Virus record (IMG/VR): IMGVR_UViG_3300049847_000198
Coordinates: 32,001-96,000 of that record
Source: a virus
DNA length: 64,000 nt
Direction: 5' to 3' (one strand)
Shown: positions 20,514 to 28,652 of the stretch, piece after piece
How the letters are laid out: every line of letters begins with the position of its first letter
How positions within the stretch are numbered: the first letter of the stretch is position 1
Program-made: the position numbers and the translations under genes
The notes under the pieces: generated by a model
What the model was told of the DNA's origin: nothing
The model's database searches: none
The model's input: only the letters and a program-made list of their open reading frames with translations

Positions 20514-22052
20514 CGCCGGAACGACTGCGACTGTCGGCGATAGGCGGGACTGCCGAAAGCAGTCAACGAGACACTGCTCAGCGAACTTTGCGTCCGACTC
20601 CGTCACCAACAGGCTATCGTGGATCGTGCCAAGAAAACGCTTCGGTCTCGCCTTGAGGAACGCGGCAGCAGCTTTGTGGATCACGTACTGGCTTTCGATG
20701 TTCTGGAGTAGCTTCGGTAAGACCGAGTGATGTGACCGCTTCAAGGTGCAGATGATCTTCCAGACGTGAGGAAATTCCCTGACAAACAAATCTCGGAACA
20801 GGCGACCCGGAACGTCTTCTTTTTCGCAGAAGATGCACTCTCTGAAGAATGTCTGTTTGAACTCATGCCGAGCCATTGATGCGTAGCTGGTGCCAGCAGG
20901 CACTAGCTTTTGGAAGTGATCGTAGAGTTGGCCTTCACAGCAGAGCGTGATGTACCGCTCGCACTCTTTCCAGTGATGCTTTACCAGCCTGATCGCCGAC
21001 AGAACATCGCTTTCGATGCTCTTGCTCAGAGGAACTGCCGAAGTCGGTTCTTGGTACAATTCCTGTGTGTTTTTGCAGTCAAAATCACCGTAAGTCGTTT
21101 CTTTAGTTGATTTTTCGTTAGATTGTTGCATCATAAGGGTGTGGGAGGGAGAGGGGCTTTCCTGCGGTTGTGTGGCGTTGTCTTGTGCGTTTGTTACATT
21201 TCGCGTCAGACGTTCAGTTGTGACTTTAGCTACACTGTAGTCGTTTTGTAATGAGTACCGTTCGATCTTGTGTATCAACTCACGTACCTTGTCAGACTCC
21301 ACGGTGTCGCTGAGGTTGAAAAGAAACATCAACAGACATCCGAAGATGAACGGCTGGCTGTTTCGGACATCGGTGTTCCAGAGTGATTCTCCGTGCCATC
21401 GCAGGTATTGCCGCAGGTCCGAGGACAGGTTCGTTAGGTTACTATGAACTCGCCCGTACTTGTCTTCCATCAAAAAGAATTGATGCGTTGAGATCATGGT
21501 GATGCTTGACTCGTCCATCCATTGAGCGAACTTCGGGTTCTTGGTTGCCGAATAGTCCTTGGCGAATCGCACATGCCGCAGAGCCGCTGGCGTGTCGATT
21601 TCCAGCCCTCTAAGCAGTTGGTACAGGGATTTGATCGTCGGACTTGAGAACCTGTCCTGCTGATCGTTTCGGAACTTGTCGATCTTGCGGTTCAAGCGGC
21701 GGTTCTTGACCGGACGGATTACTCCGTAGGCGTATCGGAATGTGCCTGTCATGCGGTAGCTCCTTGAATAAAAACCAGCCCTATAGCTCAGATCGACCTC
21801 GATGACACCATTTTCTCTAAGCCAGTCGATCCACTTCGAGAGTCTCTTCCACGAAACGACCTCCCGTAGCTTGTCGATCTTCAAGTAAACCCAATCGTCC
21901 GGGTCGTATCGCCGCGAGTCGTGCATGAATCGCCCGTAGACGCAGTGAACGATGTAGGCGGCTTCCTCCCAGTGCTTCGAGAGTTCTGGCGGCGCACGAC
22001 TGGCGATATCCAGCGTTTCAGGCAGCGTCAGATATCTCTGCGTCCAAGCCAC
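20511..22052 (-). CDS. Family-A-superfamily (TV-Pol-like) nucleic acid polymerase with N-terminal winged-helix-like region
   Basis: YGRVHS, motif A NTDVRNSQP, motif B RHEFK (RxxxK), LQNIES and motif C TIHDS, all in order. Confidence 0.7.
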   Translation of the reverse strand: MAWTQRYLTLPETLDIASRAPPELSKHWEEAAYIVHCVYGRFMHDSRRYDPDDWVYLKIDKLREVVSWKRLSKWIDWLRENGVIEVDLSYRAGFYSRSYRMTGTFRYAYGVIRPVKNRRLNRKIDKFRNDQQDRFSSPTIKSLYQLLRGLEIDTPAALRHVRFAKDYSATKNPKFAQWMDESSITMISTHQFFLMEDKYGRVHSNLTNLSSDLRQYLRWHGESLWNTDVRNSQPFIFGCLLMFLFNLSDTVESDKVRELIHKIERYSLQNDYSVAKVTTERLTRNVTNAQDNATQPQESPSPSHTLMMQQSNEKSTKETTYGDFDCKNTQELYQEPTSAVPLSKSIESDVLSAIRLVKHHWKECERYITLCCEGQLYDHFQKLVPAGTSYASMARHEFKQTFFRECIFCEKEDVPGRLFRDLFVREFPHVWKIICTLKRSHHSVLPKLLQNIESQYVIHKAAAAFLKARPKRFLGTIHDSLLVTESDAKFAEQCLVDCFRQSRLSPTVAVVPA

Positions 22053-22199
22053 GGATCATCCCGAATCGTTCGAGGATGCCGATTTCTCGTGGCCAACAAA
22101 GAACGATAGCCACACGTCTCCGACAACGTATGGCTACGCCCTGAAATAAAGCCCGTAGGCTGTTGTTCCCTGTCCATACCGAGTCGGAGTTCGGCATCC
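22053..22199 (-). ncRNA. Structured cis-regulatory RNA leader of the polymerase gene
   Basis: Five nested helices found by eye plus an alternative SD-occluding hairpin. Confidence 0.55.
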
Positions 22200-22201
22200 A
22201 G

Positions 22202-22230
22202 ATTATGCCGCTGCCGTCCGCTCGGATCAA
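22202..22230 (-). promoter_or_regulatory. Sigma70-type promoter of the polymerase gene
   Basis: TTGATC-N17-CATAAT. Confidence 0.6.
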
Positions 22231-22292
22231 GTCAAACCTATCATTCTCTGGTTTTCAGTAAAACGAACATCGAGTTACGGGAGATTCCCGAT

Positions 22293-22565
22293 TTACTGGC
22301 CAGCCGTTGAAGAAATCGCTGCACTCTGAAAGAACGGATTGTTCGGATTGGCGAACGCAGGCGGGTCGTCCATGCGCACCTTGTACCGGAACTTCATCTT
22401 TTCGGGATCGACCATGACGACTTGGTCTTTCCATTCGCCGCTGATGAAGAAGAACGGCTTCTGACCGCATTCGTCTCGCTTGAAGTTGCCGGCATTGACT
22501 GCCAAGAAATTCTTGTCGCCGTTCATGGCATAGACGGTTCGCAATCGCACTCTACTCATCGGCAT
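22293..22565 (-). CDS. Hypothetical protein
   Basis: 90-aa ORF overlapping the HU stop. Confidence 0.6.
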   Translation of the reverse strand: MPMSRVRLRTVYAMNGDKNFLAVNAGNFKRDECGQKPFFFISGEWKDQVVMVDPEKMKFRYKVRMDDPPAFANPNNPFFQSAAISSTAGQ

Positions 22566-22854
22566 ATTCCTTTTTTGCCAGTGCCGTGAACTTCCTCGCC
22601 AGCGTCGCTGAGGTGTTGAACTTAACGATCAGATTGTCAGGCACTTGAACGCTCTCCCCGGATCGTGGGTTCCTCGCCTTGTGTCCGGCACGCAGACGAA
22701 CCTCAAAGACTCCGAGTCCTCTGACATCCACTCGGCGTTCCTCCTCCAGAGAAGCGACGATCGCCTTGAATGTTTTCTCGACGAGTTCCCTGGTCTTCTT
22801 CTCGGTCAGACCAGTCATGTCCGAGATGGTTGCAATCAGTTTTTTGTTGAGCAA
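22552..22854 (-). CDS. hup: HU/IHF-family histone-like DNA-binding protein
   Basis: NKKLIATIS...VDVRGLGVFEVRLRAGHKARNPRSGESVQVP...VKF signature. Confidence 0.92.
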   Translation of the reverse strand: MLNKKLIATISDMTGLTEKKTRELVEKTFKAIVASLEEERRVDVRGLGVFEVRLRAGHKARNPRSGESVQVPDNLIVKFNTSATLARKFTALAKKEYADE

Positions 22855-22867
22855 GACAGACTCCTTG

Positions 22868-23048
22868 AACTCTCGACCCGCGAACTACTTTGTCAAAAAT
22901 TGTATGCAGGCTTACCGATCAGCGTCTCGGCAGCGGGCTTGCTGGCAAGCTTAGCAATGAGGCAAGCAGCAACAACGAAAAAGAGCGTAATGATGCAGAA
23001 TTCTTTCATTCCACGACTCCTTCTTTAATAACTCTCGACCCGCGAACT
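22868..23048. repeat. 19-bp direct repeat AACTCTCGACCCGCGAACT (22868-22886 and 23030-23048)
   Basis: Exact copies, each just upstream of an AAGGAGTC SD on the minus strand. Confidence 0.85.
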
Positions 23049-23111
23049 CACTAGCCAGACGGGATTGGTTCTGCCCACGAGTGCTCTTTCTGGCCTTGAG
23101 ACACATTAAAA

Positions 23112-23183
23112 TGCGACGTGACGGAATCGAACCGCCTTTCAGGGAGTTGAAAATCCCTTGCATGACCAATCTGCCAACGCCGC
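23112..23183 (-). tRNA. tRNA with an 8-nt anticodon loop (UUUUCAAC); identity ambiguous (UUC Glu or UCA opal); no encoded CCA
   Basis: GCGGCGT/ACGTCGC acceptor stem, D arm with GG, AGGGA/TCCCT anticodon stem, GGCGG-TTCGATT-CCGTC T arm. Confidence 0.8.
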
Positions 23184-23189
23184 ACGAAC

Positions 23190-23687
23190 CTACCCGATCA
23201 CCCAATACTTCTCGCCCGTCAGCCAGTTATGAAAGTCTGGCGAACCTGGTCGATAGTGAAGAAACTTGTCGATCTTCTTTTCGAGTCGTGCCGCATCAAC
23301 CGGACGACTGCCTTTGTTCTCGACTTCCGAATACTTCCTGCCGCGAATGAACGCCAACGCGAGTCCCGCGTACCGAGACTCTTCTCGAAGTTCTCGAATG
23401 CGATGAGAGCGAAGCAGTTCGACGTAGATCAGTCCGCATCGCTTTTCTTCCTGACGGATCAGTCGCGACTCCGCAGCAAGCGATTTTGCGTTGATCCTGA
23501 GCCTATGGATCGCGAAGACTCTTTGGTTGTCCCATTCGCCGGGATGCGCGGCGGCGTAAACCAGTCGCCGTTCCTGACGCTTGGTTCGCTGCTTGATCTT
23601 CTTGCGTGCTCCGAACTGCGGATGACAGATGATGGCAGACGGAGCGAGTTGATTGTGGTTCTGGTTTTCGATGGTTGCTGTGGTCAT
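23190..23687 (-). CDS. Hypothetical basic protein
   Basis: ATG at 23687 after AAGGAAAA; LRINAKSLAAESRLIR...LAFIRGRKYSEVE motif. Confidence 0.65.
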   Translation of the reverse strand: MTTATIENQNHNQLAPSAIICHPQFGARKKIKQRTKRQERRLVYAAAHPGEWDNQRVFAIHRLRINAKSLAAESRLIRQEEKRCGLIYVELLRSHRIRELREESRYAGLALAFIRGRKYSEVENKGSRPVDAARLEKKIDKFLHYRPGSPDFHNWLTGEKYWVIG

Positions 23688-23774
23688 ATCGTTTTCCTTG
23701 GAATTGAAACCTGAGATGGAAGAAAGAAACGTACCGTCGAACACTTCAGGAATCACGGCGGACCTCTCGCGTAT

Positions 23775-24566
23775 TCAGGATTCTCCGTCAGGCTTCCATC
23801 CGTTACGGATCAAAACAGCGGCGAAGTCAGGCTTCAAATGATCTGGATGTTTTTTGAACTTGCCGTGCTCGTCAACGCTCCCGTTCTTGATCTTCAGAAG
23901 ATTGTTTTCGTCTACGACGCTCTGCGCCTCGGCGAGTGGGAATCCGTGCGCGACGGAGGTTCCGACAGCAACGACACTGATATCGGCTACTGCGTCAAGC
24001 ATTGCGACCAAATCAGGCTTCGCTGATTCCGCTAACCGCATCGCTGGATGAAAGAACAAGTCGTCGAAATCGACTCTTCCGGTATCGTGTCCAGTCGAAA
24101 TAAACACCTGAACTGCCGCCGCGTCTGCGTACTCAAGCACTTCTTCTAAAAGAAGTCGCACACGAAGCTCTCGCGTCTTGTAGTCGGAGACTGTCGGCGA
24201 CGGCGGGCATTCCTGCCCGAAGCCCTTCATCATCTGCCGCACGCGATCTTCGTGAGACGGCTTATGTGTCGGCCAGCAACCGATGAGTTTGTCTGCTGGA
24301 TACGACTGCAAAGAAAACGGTTCGCTCGGTACTCCACAAACGGGAACCAAGTTGCGTCCGGCTGACCCAGAAACTTCACGAGCAATACCCTCAAGCAAAG
24401 ACATGCGTCCTTCTCGCGTATAGGCCGTTCCGCTGGCAGACGTTTCGATGTCAAGTTGATCGCACCGCTCATGGTAACTAGCCACGTCTTCGGCGATCAG
24501 CGTTTGCAACGCAACTCCGCTTTCGATCTCTTCTTCCGTAAACGGTTCGGTTGGTTTTTCAATCAT
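23775..24566 (-). CDS. MazG-like all-alpha NTP pyrophosphohydrolase with N-terminal extension
   Basis: LRVRLLLEEVLEY...LDAVADISVV...VDENNLLK...GKFKK pattern. Confidence 0.8.
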   Translation of the reverse strand: MIEKPTEPFTEEEIESGVALQTLIAEDVASYHERCDQLDIETSASGTAYTREGRMSLLEGIAREVSGSAGRNLVPVCGVPSEPFSLQSYPADKLIGCWPTHKPSHEDRVRQMMKGFGQECPPSPTVSDYKTRELRVRLLLEEVLEYADAAAVQVFISTGHDTGRVDFDDLFFHPAMRLAESAKPDLVAMLDAVADISVVAVGTSVAHGFPLAEAQSVVDENNLLKIKNGSVDEHGKFKKHPDHLKPDFAAVLIRNGWKPDGES

Positions 24567-25687
24567 TACCTTGCCTCAATTAGAGCCATAAGAAAGAAAA
24601 CGCTGAAGTCCGCGTTACGCATCAGGAACGCACGCGGTTCCGACTGTGGACCACCAGCACACACATGCACAACCAGCGGTTCTTTGGACGGAAAGCACTT
24701 ACTCGCCGAAGCCACGATCTCCACGTTCAAGCAAATCGTCACGTCAGGTTCGCCTTCACAACTACACGGCACCGTGGCTTCCGACTCACCATGCTGTGAC
24801 TGCATCGACAGGCTGATCGTCTCTTTTTGGATGTGGGTGTCAATCCCCACGATCTCTGGCAGCTTCACCACGGCCATCTGTTGTGCTGCCAAGAAGAAAT
24901 CACCAGCCTCTGCGATCGCCACTGGAGACGACTGCCTCAGTTTTCGATAGTTGGCCAGCGTGAATTTGCTGCCGATGTTCTGATGGCAGCCGACCTCAAC
25001 AGCCATCTCTTCGCTCTTCGACTGCAATCGGATCGTCTTGTCGCTGGCGTAAACGTCCGCCTTCGTTCCAACACAGGCGTCGGCCAGCAGAGCGAGCGAC
25101 TCGCGAGCACAGTTGATCTGCGGGAACTCTTCGCAGTCAGCGTTCAACGAGATACACACGAAGCGAGTCAGTTCGCTGCGTTCGCTCATGTCGTTACCGA
25201 AGACCATCGCCTTGCCAGCATCGCAGAATATGCCGCCTGAACCGATGCCGCCATCCCGCGTCGCTGACGACGAATACCGGAACGCGGCACGCAGAACTTC
25301 AGGATCAGTCGAGAAGACAAACTTGTCGCTGAACTCCGGCATTGAGCGATTATCTTCTTCGTGCATCGTGTTGATGGTCGTCTTGCCGCCATCGAATGCG
25401 ACGCCGATCTTCTCTTTGCCGACGCCGAGTTCTATAACTTCTCCGCGAGCACTCATTACGGCACCGAGAAGTTTTTCTGACAGAACGTAGACGCAGAACT
25501 CGTCGTCGAACTTCTCTTCAAATGAGACCTCGCAGAACGCCGCCTGTGCATTCATCGCAAACAGAGACAGGACACGGTCTTTGCACGTCAGTTTGATCGC
25601 CTGATAGCACGGGTTCGGACTGCGAACAGCCGTGAACCGCGAGACCAGAGAGACAGCTTTCTTCAATAACTCAGATTTGATTTTCAC
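24566..25687 (-). CDS. Sliding clamp (DNA polymerase III beta-like), divergent
   Basis: 373 aa; ELLKKAVSLVSRFTAVRSPNPCYQAIKL N-terminus; HGESEATVPC..EGEPDVTICLN near the C-terminus. Confidence 0.7.
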   Translation of the reverse strand: MKIKSELLKKAVSLVSRFTAVRSPNPCYQAIKLTCKDRVLSLFAMNAQAAFCEVSFEEKFDDEFCVYVLSEKLLGAVMSARGEVIELGVGKEKIGVAFDGGKTTINTMHEEDNRSMPEFSDKFVFSTDPEVLRAAFRYSSSATRDGGIGSGGIFCDAGKAMVFGNDMSERSELTRFVCISLNADCEEFPQINCARESLALLADACVGTKADVYASDKTIRLQSKSEEMAVEVGCHQNIGSKFTLANYRKLRQSSPVAIAEAGDFFLAAQQMAVVKLPEIVGIDTHIQKETISLSMQSQHGESEATVPCSCEGEPDVTICLNVEIVASASKCFPSKEPLVVHVCAGGPQSEPRAFLMRNADFSVFFLMALIEAR

Positions 25688-26426
25688 TTACTTGCCTTTC
25701 TTTGCGTTATCGGAGAACAGTTTTCGGCACTTCTCAAGGATGTCTTCGCTGTCGAAACAAGCCCATGCTCGTTGCTCGAAGTCTGTCTGGATGATCTCTT
25801 CAATCATCGACGCGGCGTCTTCAGGACTATGGCACATCAGCAACTCTTTGTCTGGAATTGTCGTGCTCTGCTTGGAGTTTTCTGTGCTGATTTCCCAATC
25901 AGTTTTCATTGCTTGCCTTTCGGTTAGATTCGTCACGTTTCGGTCGCGGAGACACAAAAACAACCTCTTCACGACAGGAAGCCTCGCCATGCCTCACCGC
26001 CTTTGAAATCGCAGCGTCGATGGCTGAGATTTCCGTCTCGCCATAAGCACGAGACATCTCGCCGTAGTCCAAGGATTCATGAAACAACCAGGCAACGTAG
26101 GTTCCGTATTTGTCGGGGCCACTCACCACTGAAGTCACGAACATATCGCATTCCAATCGAACCTGGTTGACGTTTTACGCAATCGTTTTTTGTTTAACGA
26201 CTTGCGGCTTGAGTGCCACCTGACACTCGAAAGTTAGCTAAGCAATCGAGCATAGATGTCTCTGGTTTTCAGGAAGTCCGTGGGTCTCAACCCACAGCGA
26301 AATCAATTGATCTTCCCAGCAATCCGAGCACAGACCATAAGGCGAACCGACAGGTTCATCGTAGCGGAACAGTTGTCCGCAATCGCAGCGTTGATCTACG
26401 TCGAATTGCTCTCGTTCTTCTGGCAT
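25688..26426 (-). other. Three small hypothetical genes (25688-25909, 25899-26156, 26238-26426)
   Basis: Packed minus-strand ORFs downstream of csrA. Confidence 0.5.
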
Positions 26427-26641
26427 GGAATCACCTCGTTCGCTCGCTTCTTGTCGTAGATCTCTTCTCGATCAATCTCCACGTTTGAGTCCGCCTCAAA
26501 AGATAGCCTGCAAGCACTCGCTTTTCCGTGATCTCCAGTGATTAGCCGAGAAACCTGAATTTCGATCTTCGTTGGCAACAAAGACGGAGGCACGACAATC
26601 AACACCTTCTCGTTCTGTTTTCTCGTAAGAACCAAAGCCAT
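26396..26641 (-). CDS. csrA: CsrA/RsmA-family translational regulator
   Basis: MALVLTRKQNEKVLI...IEIQV...RLSFEA...VEIDREEIY; the RNA-binding Arg of the REEIY motif is retained. Confidence 0.85.
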   Translation of the reverse strand: MALVLTRKQNEKVLIVVPPSLLPTKIEIQVSRLITGDHGKASACRLSFEADSNVEIDREEIYDKKRANEVIPCQKNESNST

Positions 26642-26671
26642 GCCAGCAGTCCTTTGCGTTTGAGATGGCGG

Positions 26672-26701
26672 ATTTTAGCGTGTTCGTTATAGGAAACGCA
26701 A
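26672..26701 (-). promoter_or_regulatory. Sigma70-type promoter of csrA
   Basis: TTGCGT-N18-TAAAAT. Confidence 0.55.
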
Positions 26702-26715
26702 GTCTATTGCGTGGT

Positions 26716-27003
26716 TTATTCCTCTGGATGAAACGCCGACCACAGGTTATCGACCTGCTTCAAGATGTTTCTTGCAATTGGAAGCTGGAAGCATCTTGAC
26801 CCATTTCCGGGATCTCCGTCGTAGTGCATTTGAACGTAGCCAGGCTGAACTCCGTCAGACCTGAGATCGGACAAGTAAACCTCGATGCCTACACGATCAT
26901 CGCCACGATACAGCACCATACTTCCGAACGTGTGGCATCTCTCAACAATCTTGAAACCATTCTTTATTAGACAGGACTCAAGAAAAGACAACTCGCGAGA
27001 CAT
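26716..27003 (-). CDS. Hypothetical protein
   Basis: 95-aa ORF. Confidence 0.6.
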   Translation of the reverse strand: MSRELSFLESCLIKNGFKIVERCHTFGSMVLYRGDDRVGIEVYLSDLRSDGVQPGYVQMHYDGDPGNGSRCFQLPIARNILKQVDNLWSAFHPEE

Positions 27004-27006
27004 GAT

Positions 27007-28005
27007 TTAATCCTCATCCGGTTCTTCCGGTCTATTACGGGCGTTCCAATAGTCAACGGCTTCTTTCGGCTTCGTGTGTTTACGACCCGGATCGTATCCG
27101 CAAACTTGGCACGTCATCGTCATGCGAGTGACCAATCCTTGAGGCGGCGCAAGCGCCACCTGAAACTTCCTGAGCCTGACATGCTTGCTGTCCTTGCCTG
27201 CCTGAAGGCACTTGCGGCATTCCAAAACAAGATGCTTCGTGCCATCAACGTCGATCTCAATCAGCGGCCACTTCGTCTTGTCGTCCTTGTCTGACCAATC
27301 GTTGATGCGCCTGCCTTCAAGAAAAGCCTCTGCCGCTCTGCGATAGATTCGTCTCTGCTGTTCTTTCAGCATTGCTAGTTCTGGAATCTTCTCGGCAATC
27401 AGTTCTTTGTCGATGCCATCATCCAACTCGGACGCACTTGACCGCACCTGCCGCAGCGTGGTCATGGTCATGTCGAGGATGTCGTCGAGCTTCCAGCTTC
27501 GCTCTGAGATGAGCCATGCGATTGCTCCGTCGAGGCTGATCTTTTCTCCCGCTGACGGAGTTCTTTTTCGTAAATCCGAGAAAGCGGACGCCTCGTCCTG
27601 TCCAGAAGCGACCGCCAAGGCTTTGGAAAGAGACTGATAGACCACGACAAGATCATCTGTGTTTTCCAAGGCGAATAACACGTCTTCATAGCCGACTCCG
27701 TTATCTCGCACTGCCTGCCACAACGAAAAGACTTTACCTTCTGGCGAACCAAGAAACCTCGCCTTGAGTTCTTCTTCACGTCCCAACCACAGGAATCGGC
27801 ACTGCTTGATCCACTCGGCAACGAACGTCTTCTTGCGTAAGCACTCGCTTTTTTCTTGAAGCCTGCGAAGTTCATCAATCGGGTTATACAGCAGAGAGTT
27901 CAGGTACGATTCGATCTCGAAGATGTGCCGCAACGTGCGGCCTGAGACGGCAAGTTTCTTGCCACCCAGTTCTATGAATCCTCCAAACTGAGAGACGCCA
28001 CGCAT
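27007..28005 (-). CDS. Tail assembly chaperone-like protein with C-terminal Lar-like zinc ribbon
   Basis: IELGGKKLAVS N-terminus, WKLDDILDMTMTTL gpT-like motif, then CxxC...CxxC...EAVDYWNAR. Confidence 0.4.
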   Translation of the reverse strand: MRGVSQFGGFIELGGKKLAVSGRTLRHIFEIESYLNSLLYNPIDELRRLQEKSECLRKKTFVAEWIKQCRFLWLGREEELKARFLGSPEGKVFSLWQAVRDNGVGYEDVLFALENTDDLVVVYQSLSKALAVASGQDEASAFSDLRKRTPSAGEKISLDGAIAWLISERSWKLDDILDMTMTTLRQVRSSASELDDGIDKELIAEKIPELAMLKEQQRRIYRRAAEAFLEGRRINDWSDKDDKTKWPLIEIDVDGTKHLVLECRKCLQAGKDSKHVRLRKFQVALAPPQGLVTRMTMTCQVCGYDPGRKHTKPKEAVDYWNARNRPEEPDED

Positions 28006-28277
28006 TAAAGTTCCAAGAACTGTCTTTCGAGACAGGCAATCTCGTGGTCAACCGCCTTCAAGATCGCCTGACGCAAAAGTCCGCCAAGTTCGTCTTTGGC
28101 GTTGTCTAAATTAAACGTCCACCCAAGGTCGAATTGAATATCGCTGGCAACCTCGACGTGAGCATAGACGCTGCTCTCTGCTCGGTTCCTGAACTTAGCA
28201 AGCTGCTGTATTCTGGATTCGAGTGTCGTCGCCGATTCGACTCTCTGCTTGGCCACAACAAGTTCTTCGGACGTCAT
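28005..28277 (-). CDS. Hypothetical protein
   Basis: 90-aa ORF. Confidence 0.6.
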   Translation of the reverse strand: MTSEELVVAKQRVESATTLESRIQQLAKFRNRAESSVYAHVEVASDIQFDLGWTFNLDNAKDELGGLLRQAILKAVDHEIACLERQFLEL

Positions 28278-28506
28278 CGTTTGGCTTTCTTTTCATAAAA
28301 CACAAAACCAATCATTCTGTGAAACGAATTCTGGTCTCACGGTCTCGAAGACGCGAGAGATCATCCATTCCACATCCAGACATCCTCGCAGTCGCACAGA
28401 ACTACCAACTACCGCCAAGGACGCAGTCAGCCACGCCGTAGTTCTCCATGTACCGCTCATTAAATCGCATTGAGTCAGCATTGCAGCGTCTTTCTTTTGA
28501 GTCGGT

Positions 28507-28534
28507 ATTTTACCAAAACGAACAAGGAACGCAA
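28507..28534 (-). promoter_or_regulatory. Sigma70-type promoter with extended -10
   Basis: TTGCGT-N16-TAAAAT with TG at the extended position. Confidence 0.55.
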
Positions 28535-28652
28535 GGGCCAGATACTGCGATTGACTCGCATGGCATGGATTTGGGACACAACACCCGAATTTGACGCCGA
28601 ACGGGACCATTAAGCCCGATCAACTAAAACTCTTTTAGTGGAGATTCGTACA

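Noticed and set aside
23051-23098. Possible second tRNA next to the first
   Set aside because: A GGCCAGA/TCTGGCT stem exists, but there is no TTCRA T loop or cloverleaf.
23141-23158. Plus-strand reading AGGGA-GTTGAAAA-TCCCT resembles a tRNA-Phe anticodon arm
   Set aside because: The D and T arms are only correct on the minus strand; treated as coincidence.
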